DNA of 64,000 nucleotides from Chiloscyllium plagiosum. Its lineage: Eukaryota. The position numbers were made by a program, and so were the translations under genes. The notes below the pieces were generated by a model that was given only the letters and a program-made list of their open reading frames with translations, made no database searches and was not told the DNA's origin. The stretch is taken from NCBI RefSeq assembly GCF_004010195.1, contig NC_057760.1, positions 1,802,776 to 1,866,775 on the forward strand, written 5' to 3'. Position 1 is the stretch's first letter. Each line of letters starts with the position of its first letter. This document shows positions 11,245 through 23,869 of this stretch, piece after piece.

Positions 11245-12365
11245 ATCAGTGCTGACCTCTCACCCCGACCAATGTGGGAGGGGGTAGTCCAGAGTAGGTG
11301 CTGACCTCTCACCCTGTCCCTGTGGGTCGGGGTCAGTGCTGACCTCTCACCCTGTCCCTGTGGGCAGAGTCAGTGCTGACCTCTCACCCTGTCCCTGTGG
11401 GCAGGGTCAGTGCTGACCTCTCACCCTGTACCTGTTGGCGGAGTCAGTGCTGACCCCTCACCTTGTCCTGTGGGCAGAGTCAGTGCTGACCCCTCACCTT
11501 GTCCTGTTGGCGGAGTCAGTGCTGACCCCTCACCTTGTCCTGTTGGCGGAGTCAGTGCTGACCTCTCACCTTGTCCTGTTGGCGGAGTCAGTGCTGACCC
11601 CTCACCTTGTCCTGTTGGCGGAGTCAGTGCTGACCCCTCACCTTGTTCTGTGGGCAGAGTCAGTGCTGACCTCTCACCTTGTCCTTTAGGTGGGGTTAGT
11701 GCTGACCTCTCACCCTGTCCCTGTGGGTGGTGTCAGTGCTGACCTCTCACCTTGTCCTGTAGGTGGGGTCGGTGCTGACCTCTCACCCTGTCCCTGTGGG
11801 TGGAGTCAGTGCTGACCTCACCCTGTCCATGTGGACGCCGTCAGTGCTGACCTCTCACCCTGTCCTGTGGGCAGTGTCAGTGCTGATCTCTCACCTTGTC
11901 TCTCTGGGTGGTGTCAGTGCTGACCTCTCACCTTGTCCTGTGGGTGAGGTCAGTGATGACCTCTCACCTATCCTTGTGGGTGGAGTCAGTGCTGACCTCT
12001 CACCTATCCTTGTGGGTGGAGTCAGTGCTGACCTTTCACCTTGTCCTGCGGGTGTCAGTGCTGACTTCTCACCCTGTCCCTGTGGGCGGGGTCAGTGCTG
12101 ACCTCTCACCCTGTTCCTGTGGGCAGGGTCAATGTTGACCTCTCACCCTGTCCCTGTGGGCAGGGTCAGTGCTGACCTCTCACCCTGTCCCTGTGGGTGG
12201 AGTCGGTGCTGACCTCTCACCTTGTCCTGTGGGCGGGGGTTAGTGCTGACCTTTCACTCTGGCCATGTGAGTGGAGTCAGTGCTGACCTCTCACCTTGTC
12301 CCAGTGAGTGGGATTAGTGTTGACCTCTCACCTTGTCCTGTGGGCGGTGTCAGTGTTGACCCCTC
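11245..12365 (+). repeat. 36-37-bp minisatellite (gtcagtgctgacctctcaccttgtcctgtgggcgga)
   Basis: Tandem units; 12-aa periodicity in the ORF track (GGVSADPSPCPV). Confidence 0.95.
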
Positions 12366-12999
12366 CTCTCCCCATCCTGTGGTAGCCCTCGCTGCCCTGG
12401 AGAGAGCGTGCAGCCCTGACATTGCTGCCATGATATCCCTTGGGTACTTCACCAGGAACTGATTGCCTCCTGATACTCAGATCGTCTCAAAATGCAACAG
12501 ACCCAGACTTAATAGCCCCCTCTTGTTCCTGTGTAACAGTCCCAAGGGGTTGAATGACCTGCTCCTGTTCCTGAATAGTAGTCTCGAGGGGCTGAATGGC
12601 CTCCTGTCCCCATCAGTCTCACTGGGCTCATTTGTTTTTTGGATTAGAGAGCAGAATGGGAGAGTTAATTTCAGCACTTAAAGTTATTCTGAATCTGTCT
12701 TTATATTTCCCTGCTCTGCCTGCGTTATATAAATGTTTTAATAATGAACAATTCTAATATTCTTTTTGTAAAAAGTGATTAACTGCTTTGATATTGTTTT
12801 AAAAGCATAAGGTCTCTATATTTTTATACTGGTGAATACCTCTATTATGTATATAATCTGACCCTGTGTTATTTCTTCCTGTAATTCCTCAAATCAGATT
12901 GACTGTAGAATATATGGGTTACACTTTCTGCATCCAGTACTGCATTTGAAATATTTTATTTACAATGGTGCCTTCTCCTCATAGAATACTGTAAGACAG

Positions 13000-14560
13000 A
13001 AGGAGAGGATGTGCAGGACATCGGTGAGGCACCTTCTGGAGTACTGCATCCAGTTCTGGTCGCCCTGTTATAGGAAGTGAAGATTTGGAGATGCCGGTGT
13101 TGGACTGGGGTGTACAAAGTTAAAAATCACACAACACCAGGTTATAGTCCTGATAAAAGCTCCGAAAGCTAGTGTGCTTCCAAGTAAACCTGTTGGACTA
13201 TAACCTGGTGTTGTGTGACTTGTGTATTATAGGAAGGATATTATTAACCTGGAGAACAGATTTACCAGGATGTTGCCGGGAATGGAGGGTTTTAAGTATT
13301 GAGGAGGGGCAGGATAGGCTGGGACTTTTTTTCACTGGCGCGTAGAAGGTTGAGGGGTGACCTTATAGAGGTTGGTAAAATCATGAGGGGTAGGGATAAG
13401 ATGAACGGCAGGTGTCTTTACCCAAGGGTGGGGAACTTCAAGACTAGAGGGTGTATTTTGAAGTTGAGAGGAGAAAGATTTTAAAAAGATATGAGGAGCA
13501 ATTATTTTTTACACAGGGAGTGGTACGTATATGGAATGTACTTTCAGAGGAAGTGGTGGATGCTGCTACAATTACACCGTTGAAAAGACATGTGGATAAA
13601 TACATGGATAGGAAAGGTTTGGAGGGATATGGGCCAAGTGTAGGCAGGTGGGACCAGTAGAGTTTGGGATAATGGTTAACATGGACTGGTTGGGGAAGGT
13701 CTATTTCCATGCTGTATGTCTCTAACAGCCATATATAGTCATGACAGGGTTCCCAAATAAGCAGTGCCTTAAACCAATGTATTAATTATCCTTCTCCTGT
13801 ACAATCCTGCCTCATAAATGATTTGGATGTGAACATAGGAGGTATAATTAGTAAGTTTGCAGATGACACCAAAATTGTCAGTGTGGTGGACAGCGAAGAA
13901 GGTTACCTCAGATTACAATGGGATCTGGACCAGATGGGCCAATGGGCTGAGGAAGGCGTTTGGTATGCTTTCCTTTATTGGTCAGAGCATTGAGTACAGG
14001 GGTTGGGAGGTCATGTTGCGGCTGTACAGGATATTGGTTAGGCCACTGTTGGAATATTGTGTGCAATTCTGGTGTCCTTGCCATAGGGAGGAAGTTGTTA
14101 AACTTGAAAGGATTCAGAAAAGATTTACAAAGATGTTGGAGGGTTTGAGTGACAGGGAGAGGTTGAACAGGCTGGGGCTGTTTCCCCTGGAGCGTCGGAG
14201 GCTGAGGTTTATAAAATCATGAGGGGCATGGATAGGATAAATAGACAAAAGTCTTTTCCCTGGGGTGGGGGAGTCCAGAACTAGAGGGCATAGGTTTAGG
14301 GTGAGAGGGAAAAGATTTGAAAGGGAGCTAAGGGGCAACGTTTTCACACAGAGGGTGGTGCTTGTATGGAATGAGCTGCCAGAGGAAGTGGTGGAGGCTG
14401 GTACAATGACAATATTTAAAAGGCATTTGGATGGATACATGAATAGGAAGGGTTTGGAGGGAGAGGGGCCAGGTGCTGGCAAGTGGGACGAGATGAGGTT
14501 GGGATATGTGGTTGGCATGGACAAGTCGGACCGAAGGGTCTGTTACCGTACTATATTTCT
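13000..14560 (+). mobile_element. Two tandem CR1 3' fragments
   Basis: LEYCVQFW, RRRLRGDLIE, FTQRVV and WNELPEEVVEAGT motifs each appear twice. Confidence 0.88.
13078..13226. mobile_element. Short foldback Penelope-derived insert with 10-bp TSD
   Basis: ttataggaag at 13068-13077 and 13227-13236. Inverted cacacaacaccaggttatagtcc arms. Same family as 48734-48946. Confidence 0.75.
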
Positions 14561-14926
14561 CTGTCTTGGTTTATTGTCTGTGGTTTAAGAAGGCACTAGT
14601 GAGGGGGGAATGTTATACAACACTTTTCACTGTATTTGTAACAAGTACATGTGGCAATAAATCAATCCAATCAAATTCGATAATCTTACAGCTGAGGCAA
14701 AGCTAAGCCTGCAGAGCTGCTTAGAATCCAGGGTCGTGAATATGTGCCGTCCCTGCGCAACATTGATAAAGATGTCTCCCCAGCATGTCGTGTATCAGGT
14801 TAGAGCCCAAGGTGGGAGATAGGCTTCGTCTGCTGAGCGTCAATCCAAAAAGTGGGATTCACAGCCCTGGCCAGCACAGGCACTCCTTCGTTGAATATGT
14901 CCATTCTCACAAGTACCACGCCGAGA

Positions 14927-15205
14927 GGCGGCACAGTGGCTCAGTGCCTCACAGCGCCAGGGGCCCGGATTCGATTCCAGCCTCGGGGCGACTGACTGCG
15001 TGAAGTTTGTACATTTTCCCCGTGTCTGCGTGGGTTTCTTCTGGGTGCTCCGGATTCCTCACACAGTCTGAAGATGTGCAGGTTAGGGTGGATTGGCCAT
15101 GCTAAATTGTGCAGTAGTGCCCAGGAATGTGCAGGTTAGGGTGGATTGGCCATGCTAAATTGTCCCATAGTGTCCAGGGATGTGCATGTTAGGGTGGATT
15201 GGCCG
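14927..15205 (+). mobile_element. HE1-like V-SINE running into a gap
   Basis: ggcggcacagtggctcagtg A-box, ttcgattcc B-box, ccccgtgtctgcgtgggttt V-domain, repeated 53-bp unit. Confidence 0.85.
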
Positions 15206-15705
15206 NNNNNNNNNNNNNNNNNNNNNNNNNNNNNNNNNNNNNNNNNNNNNNNNNNNNNNNNNNNNNNNNNNNNNNNNNNNNNNNNNNNNNNNNNNNNNNN
15301 NNNNNNNNNNNNNNNNNNNNNNNNNNNNNNNNNNNNNNNNNNNNNNNNNNNNNNNNNNNNNNNNNNNNNNNNNNNNNNNNNNNNNNNNNNNNNNNNNNNN
15401 NNNNNNNNNNNNNNNNNNNNNNNNNNNNNNNNNNNNNNNNNNNNNNNNNNNNNNNNNNNNNNNNNNNNNNNNNNNNNNNNNNNNNNNNNNNNNNNNNNNN
15501 NNNNNNNNNNNNNNNNNNNNNNNNNNNNNNNNNNNNNNNNNNNNNNNNNNNNNNNNNNNNNNNNNNNNNNNNNNNNNNNNNNNNNNNNNNNNNNNNNNNN
15601 NNNNNNNNNNNNNNNNNNNNNNNNNNNNNNNNNNNNNNNNNNNNNNNNNNNNNNNNNNNNNNNNNNNNNNNNNNNNNNNNNNNNNNNNNNNNNNNNNNNN
15701 NNNNN

Positions 15706-16145
15706 TGGTCATCCTGCTATAGGAAGGCTGCTATTAAACTCGCAAGGGTGCAAAACAAGATTTACAGGGATGTTGCTGAGACTGGAGGGCTTCAGTTATG
15801 AGGAGACAGGCTGTGATGTTTTTCCCCTGGAACCGTTGGAGGCTGAGGGGCTGAACTTAGGGAGGTTTATAAAATCACGAGGGGCACAGATCAGGTGAAT
15901 AGACAAAGTCTTTTCCCCAGGGTAGGGGTATCGGAAACTACAGGGCAAAGGTTTAAGGTGAGAGGGGAAAGATTTAAAAGGGACCTGAGGGGTACCTTTT
16001 TCACACAGAGGGTGGTGCGTGTATGGAATGAGCTGCCAGAGGAAGTGGTGGAGGCTGGTACAATGGCAACATTTAAAAGGCATCTGGATGGGAACATGAA
16101 TAGGAAGGGTTTGGAGGGATATGGGCCTGGTGCTGGCAAATGGGT
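15706..16145 (+). mobile_element. CR1 3' fragment
   Basis: FFTQRVVRVWNELPEEVVEAGT (ORF 15895-16170). Confidence 0.85.
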
Positions 16146-17384
16146 TTTCTGTTGTTCATTCATGGGATGAGGGTGGACCAGGATTTATTGCCCATCCCTA
16201 ATTGCCCTGAGGGCATTTGAGAGTCAACCATATTGCTGTAGGCCTGGAGTGACATGGAGGCCAGGCCAGATCAGGTAAGGATGGCAATTTCAGAAATGGA
16301 GTCTGCTGGGGGCGGAGGGGGTCGGGTGTGTGTGTNNNNNNNNNNNNNNNNNNNNNNNNNNNNNNNNNNNNNNNNNNNNNNGGGGGGGGGGGGGGGGGGC
16401 GGAGAGAAATCTAGTGATTGGAACAGGGTCAGCAACTGGACCTCACAGCAACTGAGCTCCCTGACTGGGGCTGTCAACCCTGGTCCAATCGGGGAGCCCT
16501 GGCTGACAGATAGAAACAGGGGGGGTCTGTATTGTCTGTAGTTTTGTATGTAACAGTACTGTGTAACGTACAACTGTCATTGCTGTTGTCTCTTTATATC
16601 TTTATGTGAAACCGGGATTTGAGGTTTGTCCTCATGTCCCTGTAAACTGTTTGAACGGTAGGGTTTGGGGCCCTGGCTTTGCTGCTCCTCTCCCTTGTAA
16701 AATTGCTGCTGTACACAGCTGTAAATGTTAACTGTTTTTTGTAAACTGTTTTGTAATTTGTTTAATAAAATAATAACAAATAGGTTAAAAAACAAACAAA
16801 CAGGAGGGTGACCAGTGTGGAGCTGGTGGTAGAACAGGATTTGAAACCCGAGACGAAGGACAGGCCTTCAGTTCCAGAGGAAGAAACACATGGATCAACT
16901 AAAGATCAAAAGCATGATCTTTAGTTTCCTGCAGTATCTGGTGCAGTGATTGAGGTGAAAAACACCAACAAAACTGCAGACTACACAAGACGATGGACCC
17001 ATTGCTTTGAGAGCGTATGAACTTAACTCGGACAGTGGAAAATCAACTCCATCCAATGACAGGAAGAAAGGGGCTAGCTCAGACATCAGTGAGGGCTGGG
17101 AAAAGGAATTGGATTTGGATATGACCCAGGAAGAAGTCCAGTTAGCCCTATCCCGTTCGGATGTGTCAGAACAGCTTAGAAGATGAAGATTAGGACAATT
17201 GGGAATGAAATGAAATTGGACATTGCTGCTTCAGTTGGTATCTTGAATTCTTTCATTCGAATGTAATGACATTAGTGTTTATAGTCTTAGCCTGGAGTGT
17301 ATATACAGGTTTCCTGTGCCATTGCTTCTGTAAGTCAGGGTAACATGTTTTATACTGCATGTTATTGTATTATATAGGAGTGGT

Positions 17385-17718
17385 GTCCCAGTTTATCATA
17401 GGACAAGCCAAACAGAGAACAGCCAGGGAATTCCTAGAGGCATGGCACTCATCCACAGATTCAATCAATAAGCACATCGACCTTGACCCAATATACCGAC
17501 CACTGCAGCGGACAGCTGGAACTGACAACCGGAAGCGGCAGGGACAGACCACTATAAATGCCGGAGGAAAGATCACAGAAGCGCTTCACAGGAGGCTCCC
17601 AAGCACTGAGGATGTCACCTAGACAGGGGACGAAACGTCTGCAACACAAATTCCCAGCTCGGCGAACAGAACCACAACAACGAGCACCCGAGCTACAAAT
17701 CTTCTCCCAAACTTTGAA
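17385..17718 (+). mobile_element. Penelope-like element 3' end (GIY-YIG C-terminus and pLTR)
   Basis: IIGQAKQRTAREFLEAWHSSTDSINKHIDLDPIY followed by a hammerhead motif. Confidence 0.8.
17603..17642 (+). ncRNA. Minimal type I hammerhead ribozyme motif
   Basis: gca-CTGAGGA-t-GTCACCT-agac-AGGGGAC-GAAAC-GTC-tgc. Core intact; stem II has one mismatch. Confidence 0.72.
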
Positions 17719-17789
17719 TCTCAGTGATCTTTTACAGATTTGCACTTACGTCGATTAAACTTAAATTATACAAGGTTTAAAAAAAAAGA

Positions 17790-18145
17790 AACAGGAGGGA
17801 CTCCCAGCCCAATGGCTTGTTCTGTGGCGCTGTGGAGTCCGTGGACCACGTGTATATTGGGTGTGGGCGTTTGCACTCCCTTTTTGATTTTCTTAAAAAC
17901 CTCCTCCTCTGCTTTTGGCTGCACTTCAGTCCCACGCTCCTGATCTTTGGGCACCCGGTGGCCGACTGCCTGCCCCTCTTCCGCGGTTACGTTAGAGCTC
18001 GGGTGTCCTTGGAGAAGGAGCACGTGGTGTCCACCAACACCCTGGAGTTGTCCAGGGAGAGGTGGGTACCGCAGGGAGTGGAGTGTATTATTTCTCCCTC
18101 CAACTCTATTTTGATTTAATCCCTGCCCTCCCCTTCACTGTTTGG
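17790..18145 (+). mobile_element. Tx1-like LINE 3' fragment (zf-RVT C-terminus)
   Basis: CGAVESVDHVYIGC…FSPTLLIFGHP…RERWVPQGVEC. Related copies at 20890-21450 (+) and 23870-24180 (-). Confidence 0.7.
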
Positions 18146-19397
18146 TCTCTCTGGTAGCTTGGTTGCGATGAGAGAGATTCACACCCCTGTCGCAATTGTC
18201 ACCTTTGAGATGGGGGACGCGTTTCTGGCATCACGCTTGTACTTGGGAAATTGACTCATTCGATCCAGACTGGGCCCAGTATGTGGAAATAAGGCGTCTT
18301 GGTTTTCCTGGGCCAACAACGTGGGAACAGATCAAAACCAACGAGTAATGCTGACGGTACGTGGACCTGCAGCTTTTTCGGTTACTGGGGGGCCTAACGT
18401 TTCCCGAGGTACAGGATACCAAAACCTTTCAGGAGTTGGACAGATTTGGTTAATGAGTATTCCAACCCCACACCAACTCCGATTCTGAGACGCTAATTAT
18501 GTTTGACTCAGCGGTTTGAGGGCCCGGGTGGGAGTCCGCGTCGGGGTTGAACCGGAGTTTGTGAGTCCATTCGGTAATCTAACAACAGGATGGTAGAAAC
18601 TGTTACGAAACCGGCTGGTGCGTGTGTTCAGGCTGGGTTTTTGATGAGGTTAGGAAGAGACAATGTGATGCTGACAATGTGAAGCGAGATGCTGAGAGGC
18701 CATTTGGGGTGTGGGGTTAATGATGTGACCATAGAGAAGCGCCGCCTCACTGAAGGCCGAGAGGATTTCAAACAGGAACCGCAAAGGGTTTCGTCATTAG
18801 AAAATGCAGCAAGTGGAGCTTATGAGTTGGAGGGTATTCAGGTGGAAGTGGACACTCTGGCCAGGCTGACTGAGGTTGGGGGGAAAAGACTTGAGTGAAG
18901 GAAATTGCACAGCCTCACTCAAGGACATATCCTGAACAGAGGGACTGTAGGTCAGCCCACAGCCACAAAGCCAAGCTTCAGCCAAGCAGCTGATTGTTGT
19001 AGTTGCTGCCGGTATGTAGACTGGAGAGAGCAAAACAATCCCACCCGGCCTGAACTGAGTAAGAGAACTCATCGCTGGTATCCAATGTGGGGGGGGTGGG
19101 GGGGGGGGGAAACACCCTGGAGAGTCCACCAACAGCTGGTTTGGAACAACTAAACTGCTTAGCAACATCCAAACCAGAGCCAATCAAAATACACCTCTGG
19201 TTAAACGGTCACCTGGTTCTAATGGAGGTTAGTACCAGCACAGCCATTCCAGTGATCGCCGGACAAAAACGCACTCTGGGCTCCAACCCTCAGGTTTGTG
19301 CAAGACCTCAGTTAGACTGAGAACCCGTGACCTTTACGGATGAAGGGTACAGCTTCAGTTCCAGTCTCTTATGAGAAGCAGCTGGTGTAGTTACCAC

Positions 19398-20419
19398 TGT
19401 TGTGAAATTGAAGGTGTGCACTGTTCCTTTCAGAGAGAGTGAATGGTGTTCTGCCCTGAGAGCTCACAAGCATGTGACTAGGTGGCAGTCCCAGAGTGTA
19501 CTGGAAAATTGAAAATACATAACATTTGGTGTGTGAAACGGATACCTGAGTTGGTCGCAGTTTTGACAACAATTCAAATTTAACCAGTGGGTTTAAATTA
19601 TGCCCCAGGATACTAAGCCCCAATTGGTTTGAATTTATTGTGTTGCCAACATCAAACCATGATCCGATGTTGAGGGGTATAAATAAGGCAGGCATTTTGA
19701 AAATCGGACAGAGCAACTGCCACTGAGAGAGAGGACCAAGACATTGAAACACTCTCTATCAAAGAAACGTTTTCATATAAAACAGTAAAAAAAAAGATGA
19801 CCCAGGGAGCTCTTCAGACAGAAGAGGAAAGACACCAAAGACGATAGCAGCTGTGCGGTTTTGAAATTAAGTTGATGTGATATTAATAAGTGTTTTATTG
19901 GAACAGCATATTGTTATAGAGTTGGAGGCACGTAATAAGCAGTTAAGAGAAAGGGGGGTTAGAGTTGTGAATGTTGTTTAATGTTCACTTTTAGAGTTAA
20001 AGAGTAAATTGATATTATTTTCTTTAAATAGTGGAATTTGGGAGTTCTCTGTCCCTCATGTTTTAACAGATTACAAGGTGAGTGAACTTTTCTGGGTGTT
20101 TAATCAACAGAAGGATTCACCACGATATCATAACAGTTCGGGGGCTCGTCCAGGATTTGGACTAGCTTAGACAGATCCAGTCTGAACAGATTTGGGGTAC
20201 GAAAGATTTAAACCGATGGATTGGTTAAGTTCAAATTGTTGTCAAAACGGCAACCAACTCAGGTATCCATTTCACAGCCAAATGTTAAACATAGTTTCAA
20301 TTTTCCAGTACTCTCCCAGACTGCCATCTAGTCACATACACAGGTACTTGTGAGCTCTCAGTGCAGAACAGCATTCACGCTTTCTTAAAAATATAGGACA
20401 CGCCTTCGACTTCATAACA
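19398..20419 (+). mobile_element. LTR, tRNA-Pro PBS and inverted partial LTR inserted with 4-bp TSD (ccac)
   Basis: TG…CA LTR at 19398-20135. cgggggctcgtccaggat at 20139-20156 resembles PBS-Pro. 20190-20419 is an inverted homologue of 19398-19630. ccac flanks both sides and the host Gypsy frame resumes. Confidence 0.75.
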
Positions 20420-20889
20420 CCACTGATGGTAGTGAAAGGCTCGGGCCCAAGGTTGGTGGGACGAAATTGGCTGAGGAAGATCCAACTTGATCCGCTCACC
20501 ATTTTTTCCATCAGAAAATAGCTGCCCGAGTGAAGCCCCGGTTTTCAGGAAGGTGCCAGGACTGTCAGAAGGACCAAACCAACCTCACGCGTCGACCAGG
20601 AAGCAATTCCACGGCCTGCCGGGCAGAGGTCAGCAGGCCGGGACAGCAAAGGAGACCAGCTTGAGGAATGGGCAGCACCGAATGTGAAGCCTGAGACCTC
20701 GGTGGGGATTTTTAAACAAATGATAAACCGCTTCTTGCAGCCGGGTAAATACCCCAGCCCTCGCCCGGAGGCCTTACAACGCAGAACTGGGCAGGGCGGC
20801 TCTGTCCTTCAGGACGCAGGACATGAACCACACGTACATACAACTGTGGTGAGATGAGGATTCCCAGAGGTGTGCCACAATTTATACCC

Positions 20890-21450
20890 ATCAGGGCGCT
20901 TACACTCCCTTTTCGATTTTCTTAAAAACTTTCCTCTTTCCGGCTGCATTTCAGTCCCACGCTCCTGATCTTCGGGCACCCAGTAGGGAGGAGGGAGGCC
21001 ATGTCTCCCCGTGGGTCTGGTCCTGGGCCTGGCCAAACTGGCCATAAACAGGTCCAGGCAGCGGGCCGTGGAGGGGGGTCATTGGAGCCGACTGCCTAAC
21101 CCTCTTCCGTGGTTACGTTAGAGCCCGGGTGTCTCTGGAGAGAGAGGACATGGTGCCCACTGACACCCTGGAGTTGTTCAGGGAGAGGTGGGCGCCGCAG
21201 GGAGTGGAGTGCATTATTTCACCCTCCAATTCCATTTTGATTTAATCCCCACCCTCCCCTTCACTGTTTGATCACACAGCATTGCCCTTTGATGTGAAGG
21301 GCACTGCTTGTCACTGGCCACTCGGGTGTTTCCTTTCTTCCTGGTGGTGGAAATTGAATAAAGATTTACACACTTGTTCACTGTGTCTGCACACAGACGA
21401 CAGGGGTGCTGGGGAAAAATAAGTACTACCGCTGTTAGGCAGTATTGCGG
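20890..21450 (+). mobile_element. Tx1-like LINE 3' end
   Basis: Homologous to 17790-18145, with an AATAAA-containing 3'UTR. Confidence 0.7.
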
Positions 21451-21894
21451 GGGGAGAAAAACCAAACACAAGAAAAGAATTCCCATCAGGGGTTTGCCAT
21501 TTGGGGTATAGTCAGGCTGTGCCATTTGCCAGCAGATGACAGAGAACGTTGTACAAGGGCTAACCCACGTTATCATTGATCTGGATGACCTACTAAGGCA
21601 CACTAATGAAGAGAACTTGGAGATAGTGCTTAAATGTTTCTCCCAGGTGGGTGTAGGTCGGAGAAGGGGAGAGCGTGTGTTCCGGGCTCTTGGGTTATGG
21701 AGTCACAAGAGCGGGTTACGCCCGAGAAAGTGAGGGGGATGAAACGTGCCCGGCTTCCCCCCTCCCCGTAGTGGAGCTTACATCTTCTCTTGGGTTGGAA
21801 AATTCGTCGGTAACCTGACCTGCCTCCCGGTACCCTTCCATCCACTATTGCCAAAAGGTTATCCTTGGAAATGGTCTCATATTCAAGCTATATC

Positions 21895-22500
21895 GCAGGT
21901 GGACAGGATAGTGAAGGTGGCGTTTGGTATGCTTTCCTTTATTGGTCAGGGCATTGAGTACAGGAGTTGGGAGGTCATGTTGTGGCTGTACAGGATATTG
22001 GTTAGGCCAATACTGTGCGTCAGTTCTGTCTCCCCACTAATGGAAGGATGTTGTGAAACTTGAAAGGGTTCAGAAAAGATTTACAAGGATGTTGGAGGGT
22101 TTGAGCTACAGGGAGAGGCTGAACAGGCTGGGGCTGTTTTCCCTGGAGCGTCGGAGGCTGAGGGGTGACCGTATAGAGGTTTATAAAATCATGAGGGGGC
22201 ACGGANNNNNNNNNNNNNNNNNNNNNNNNNNNNNNNNNNNNNNNGGAAAGATATAAAAGAGACCTAAGGGGCAACTTTTCCACACAGAGGGTGGTACGTG
22301 TGTGGAATGAGCTGCCACAGGATGTGGTGGAGGCTGGGACAGTGACAGCATTGAAAAGGCATCTGGATGGGGACATGAATAGGAAGGGTTTGGAGGGATA
22401 TGGACCAAGTGCTGGCAGGTGGGACTAGATTGGGTTAGGATACCCCGACAGCATGGACGAGTTGGGCCGAAGGGTCTGTTTCCGTGCTGTAGAGCTCTAT
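21895..22500 (+). mobile_element. CR1 3' fragment nested in the Gypsy relic
   Basis: AFGMLSFIGQGIEYRSWEVML and RRRLRGDRIEVYK. Confidence 0.85.
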
Positions 22501-23869
22501 TTGTGTCACCTTGAGGGAAATAAGGAGACAAATATTACCATCTAAGGCGTAGCAGACGACAATCCCCGAGTGAGGGGTAGTGCTGGCATGTGATATCTCC
22601 CCGTACGGTTTTGGGATAGTGGCCCAGTAGACAGAAACGCCCGATAGCATACTTTGGTTGATGCGAAGGAAAATTTGGTGGGCAAAAGGTCCACCAGTAC
22701 CTTTGTCGACGTACATCTGCAATTGCAATGGACCACAAATCCCTGCTAGGGCTACTTAAAGCAGACAGGGCCGTGCCACCCATAGCTCCTGGTTGAATTC
22801 AGCAGTGGGCTCTCGTTCTAAGTGCATTCATGGGAACGGTCCCGCCTGCGTAAGAGGCAAGGACGACACAACGTGACGTATAAAGTCCGGGTCGGAGAGA
22901 CGGCACTGTACAAGCAGGTAAAACTGGGCAGGAGCAACACAGAACCGGCCCCTCGCGACAGGGCAGGAGTGGCTGAACCCCTGGGTTCTCCCCCCCGCCC
23001 CCCCTCCATCTATGAGGCATCTGAGGACAAGATGGACGCCGTAGATGTCACGGCCTAGACGCCATTACCGCCTGGAGAAGATCATTTTCCGCCGACATGC
23101 TCCGAGGACACGAGAGGCGGGCTACAGCTCAGCCCACACTCCCCCGATTCAGGAACCAGAACTGGTGCAAAAACGCCCCCAGGAAAAGCGACAGGGAACA
23201 GAATGGGCCATCGTCCCAGGACGTAGAGGGGGAAGCAATGTAGTGATTGGGAAGAGCTCAACCAGCTGAAACTGAGAGAATACAAGTTCCCTGAACGGAC
23301 CAGGTTAACAGCCCCAATCACAGAGCCCTGGCTGACAGGCATAAACCAGAATGTCAGAGGTTCAGATCACCCTAGGGGCCGGCTCTGTGATAACTGGGTC
23401 AGTGTCACGTCCTCTGCACGTCTAAACGAGGGGGTCACTTGGCAACGGGATATCGGCCCTCATGTGGAGTTACTTCCGGGGGGAGGAAGCTGAGACAGCT
23501 ATCCTCAGAGCGGAAAAGGTTAAGGGAGGAGATTGTGAATTGAGGTGTTCAAATTCACGAGGAATGGTGGGGGTCCTGATCGAGGGGAGTGTGAACAGTC
23601 CAACTAGGGAAGGGTATGCTAGACCTGGTTTTGAGGAATGATCAGCCAAATGATCAAAGATTCAGTGGGGGAGCATGTTGGGAACAGTGATCATAACTCT
23701 AAGCTTTTAAAGTTACCCAATAGGTTAGAGATCACAAAGCACAGCTCGAAATGAAATTGACAATCAGTCTATTACAAGCTGGAAGAGAAATGGACGAGGC
23801 TTGACACCGAACTGACAGTCTATAAAGATAGATCAAATTTCTCTTCCCAGAGCTGAGGATGAGACCAGT

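Larger units (their letters stand above)
18170..23475 (+). mobile_element. Highly decayed Ty3/Gypsy (K02A2.6-like) LTR retrotransposon with nested insertions
   Basis: In order: gag-like IDSFDPDWAQYVE and LRGHLGCGVNDVTIEKR; protease-like LNGHLVLMEVSTST; LMVVKGSGPRLVGRNWL; RT-like LPFG…IDLDDLL; RNase H-like LACDISPYG; PPT agagggggaagcaa followed by an LTR starting TGTAGT at about 23239. Confidence 0.75.

Noticed and set aside
6720..12365. CRISPR-like appearance of regular 32-72-bp repeats
   Set aside because: Head-to-tail units with no unique spacers, vertebrate context and no cas genes.
11410..12462. Repetitive ORFs (GGVSADPSPCPV / AESVLTPHLVL)
   Set aside because: Minisatellite translations downstream of a stop codon, with frequent frameshifts.
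14927..15000. tRNA gene
   Set aside because: A and B boxes belong to the tRNA-derived head of an HE1-like SINE; no complete cloverleaf.
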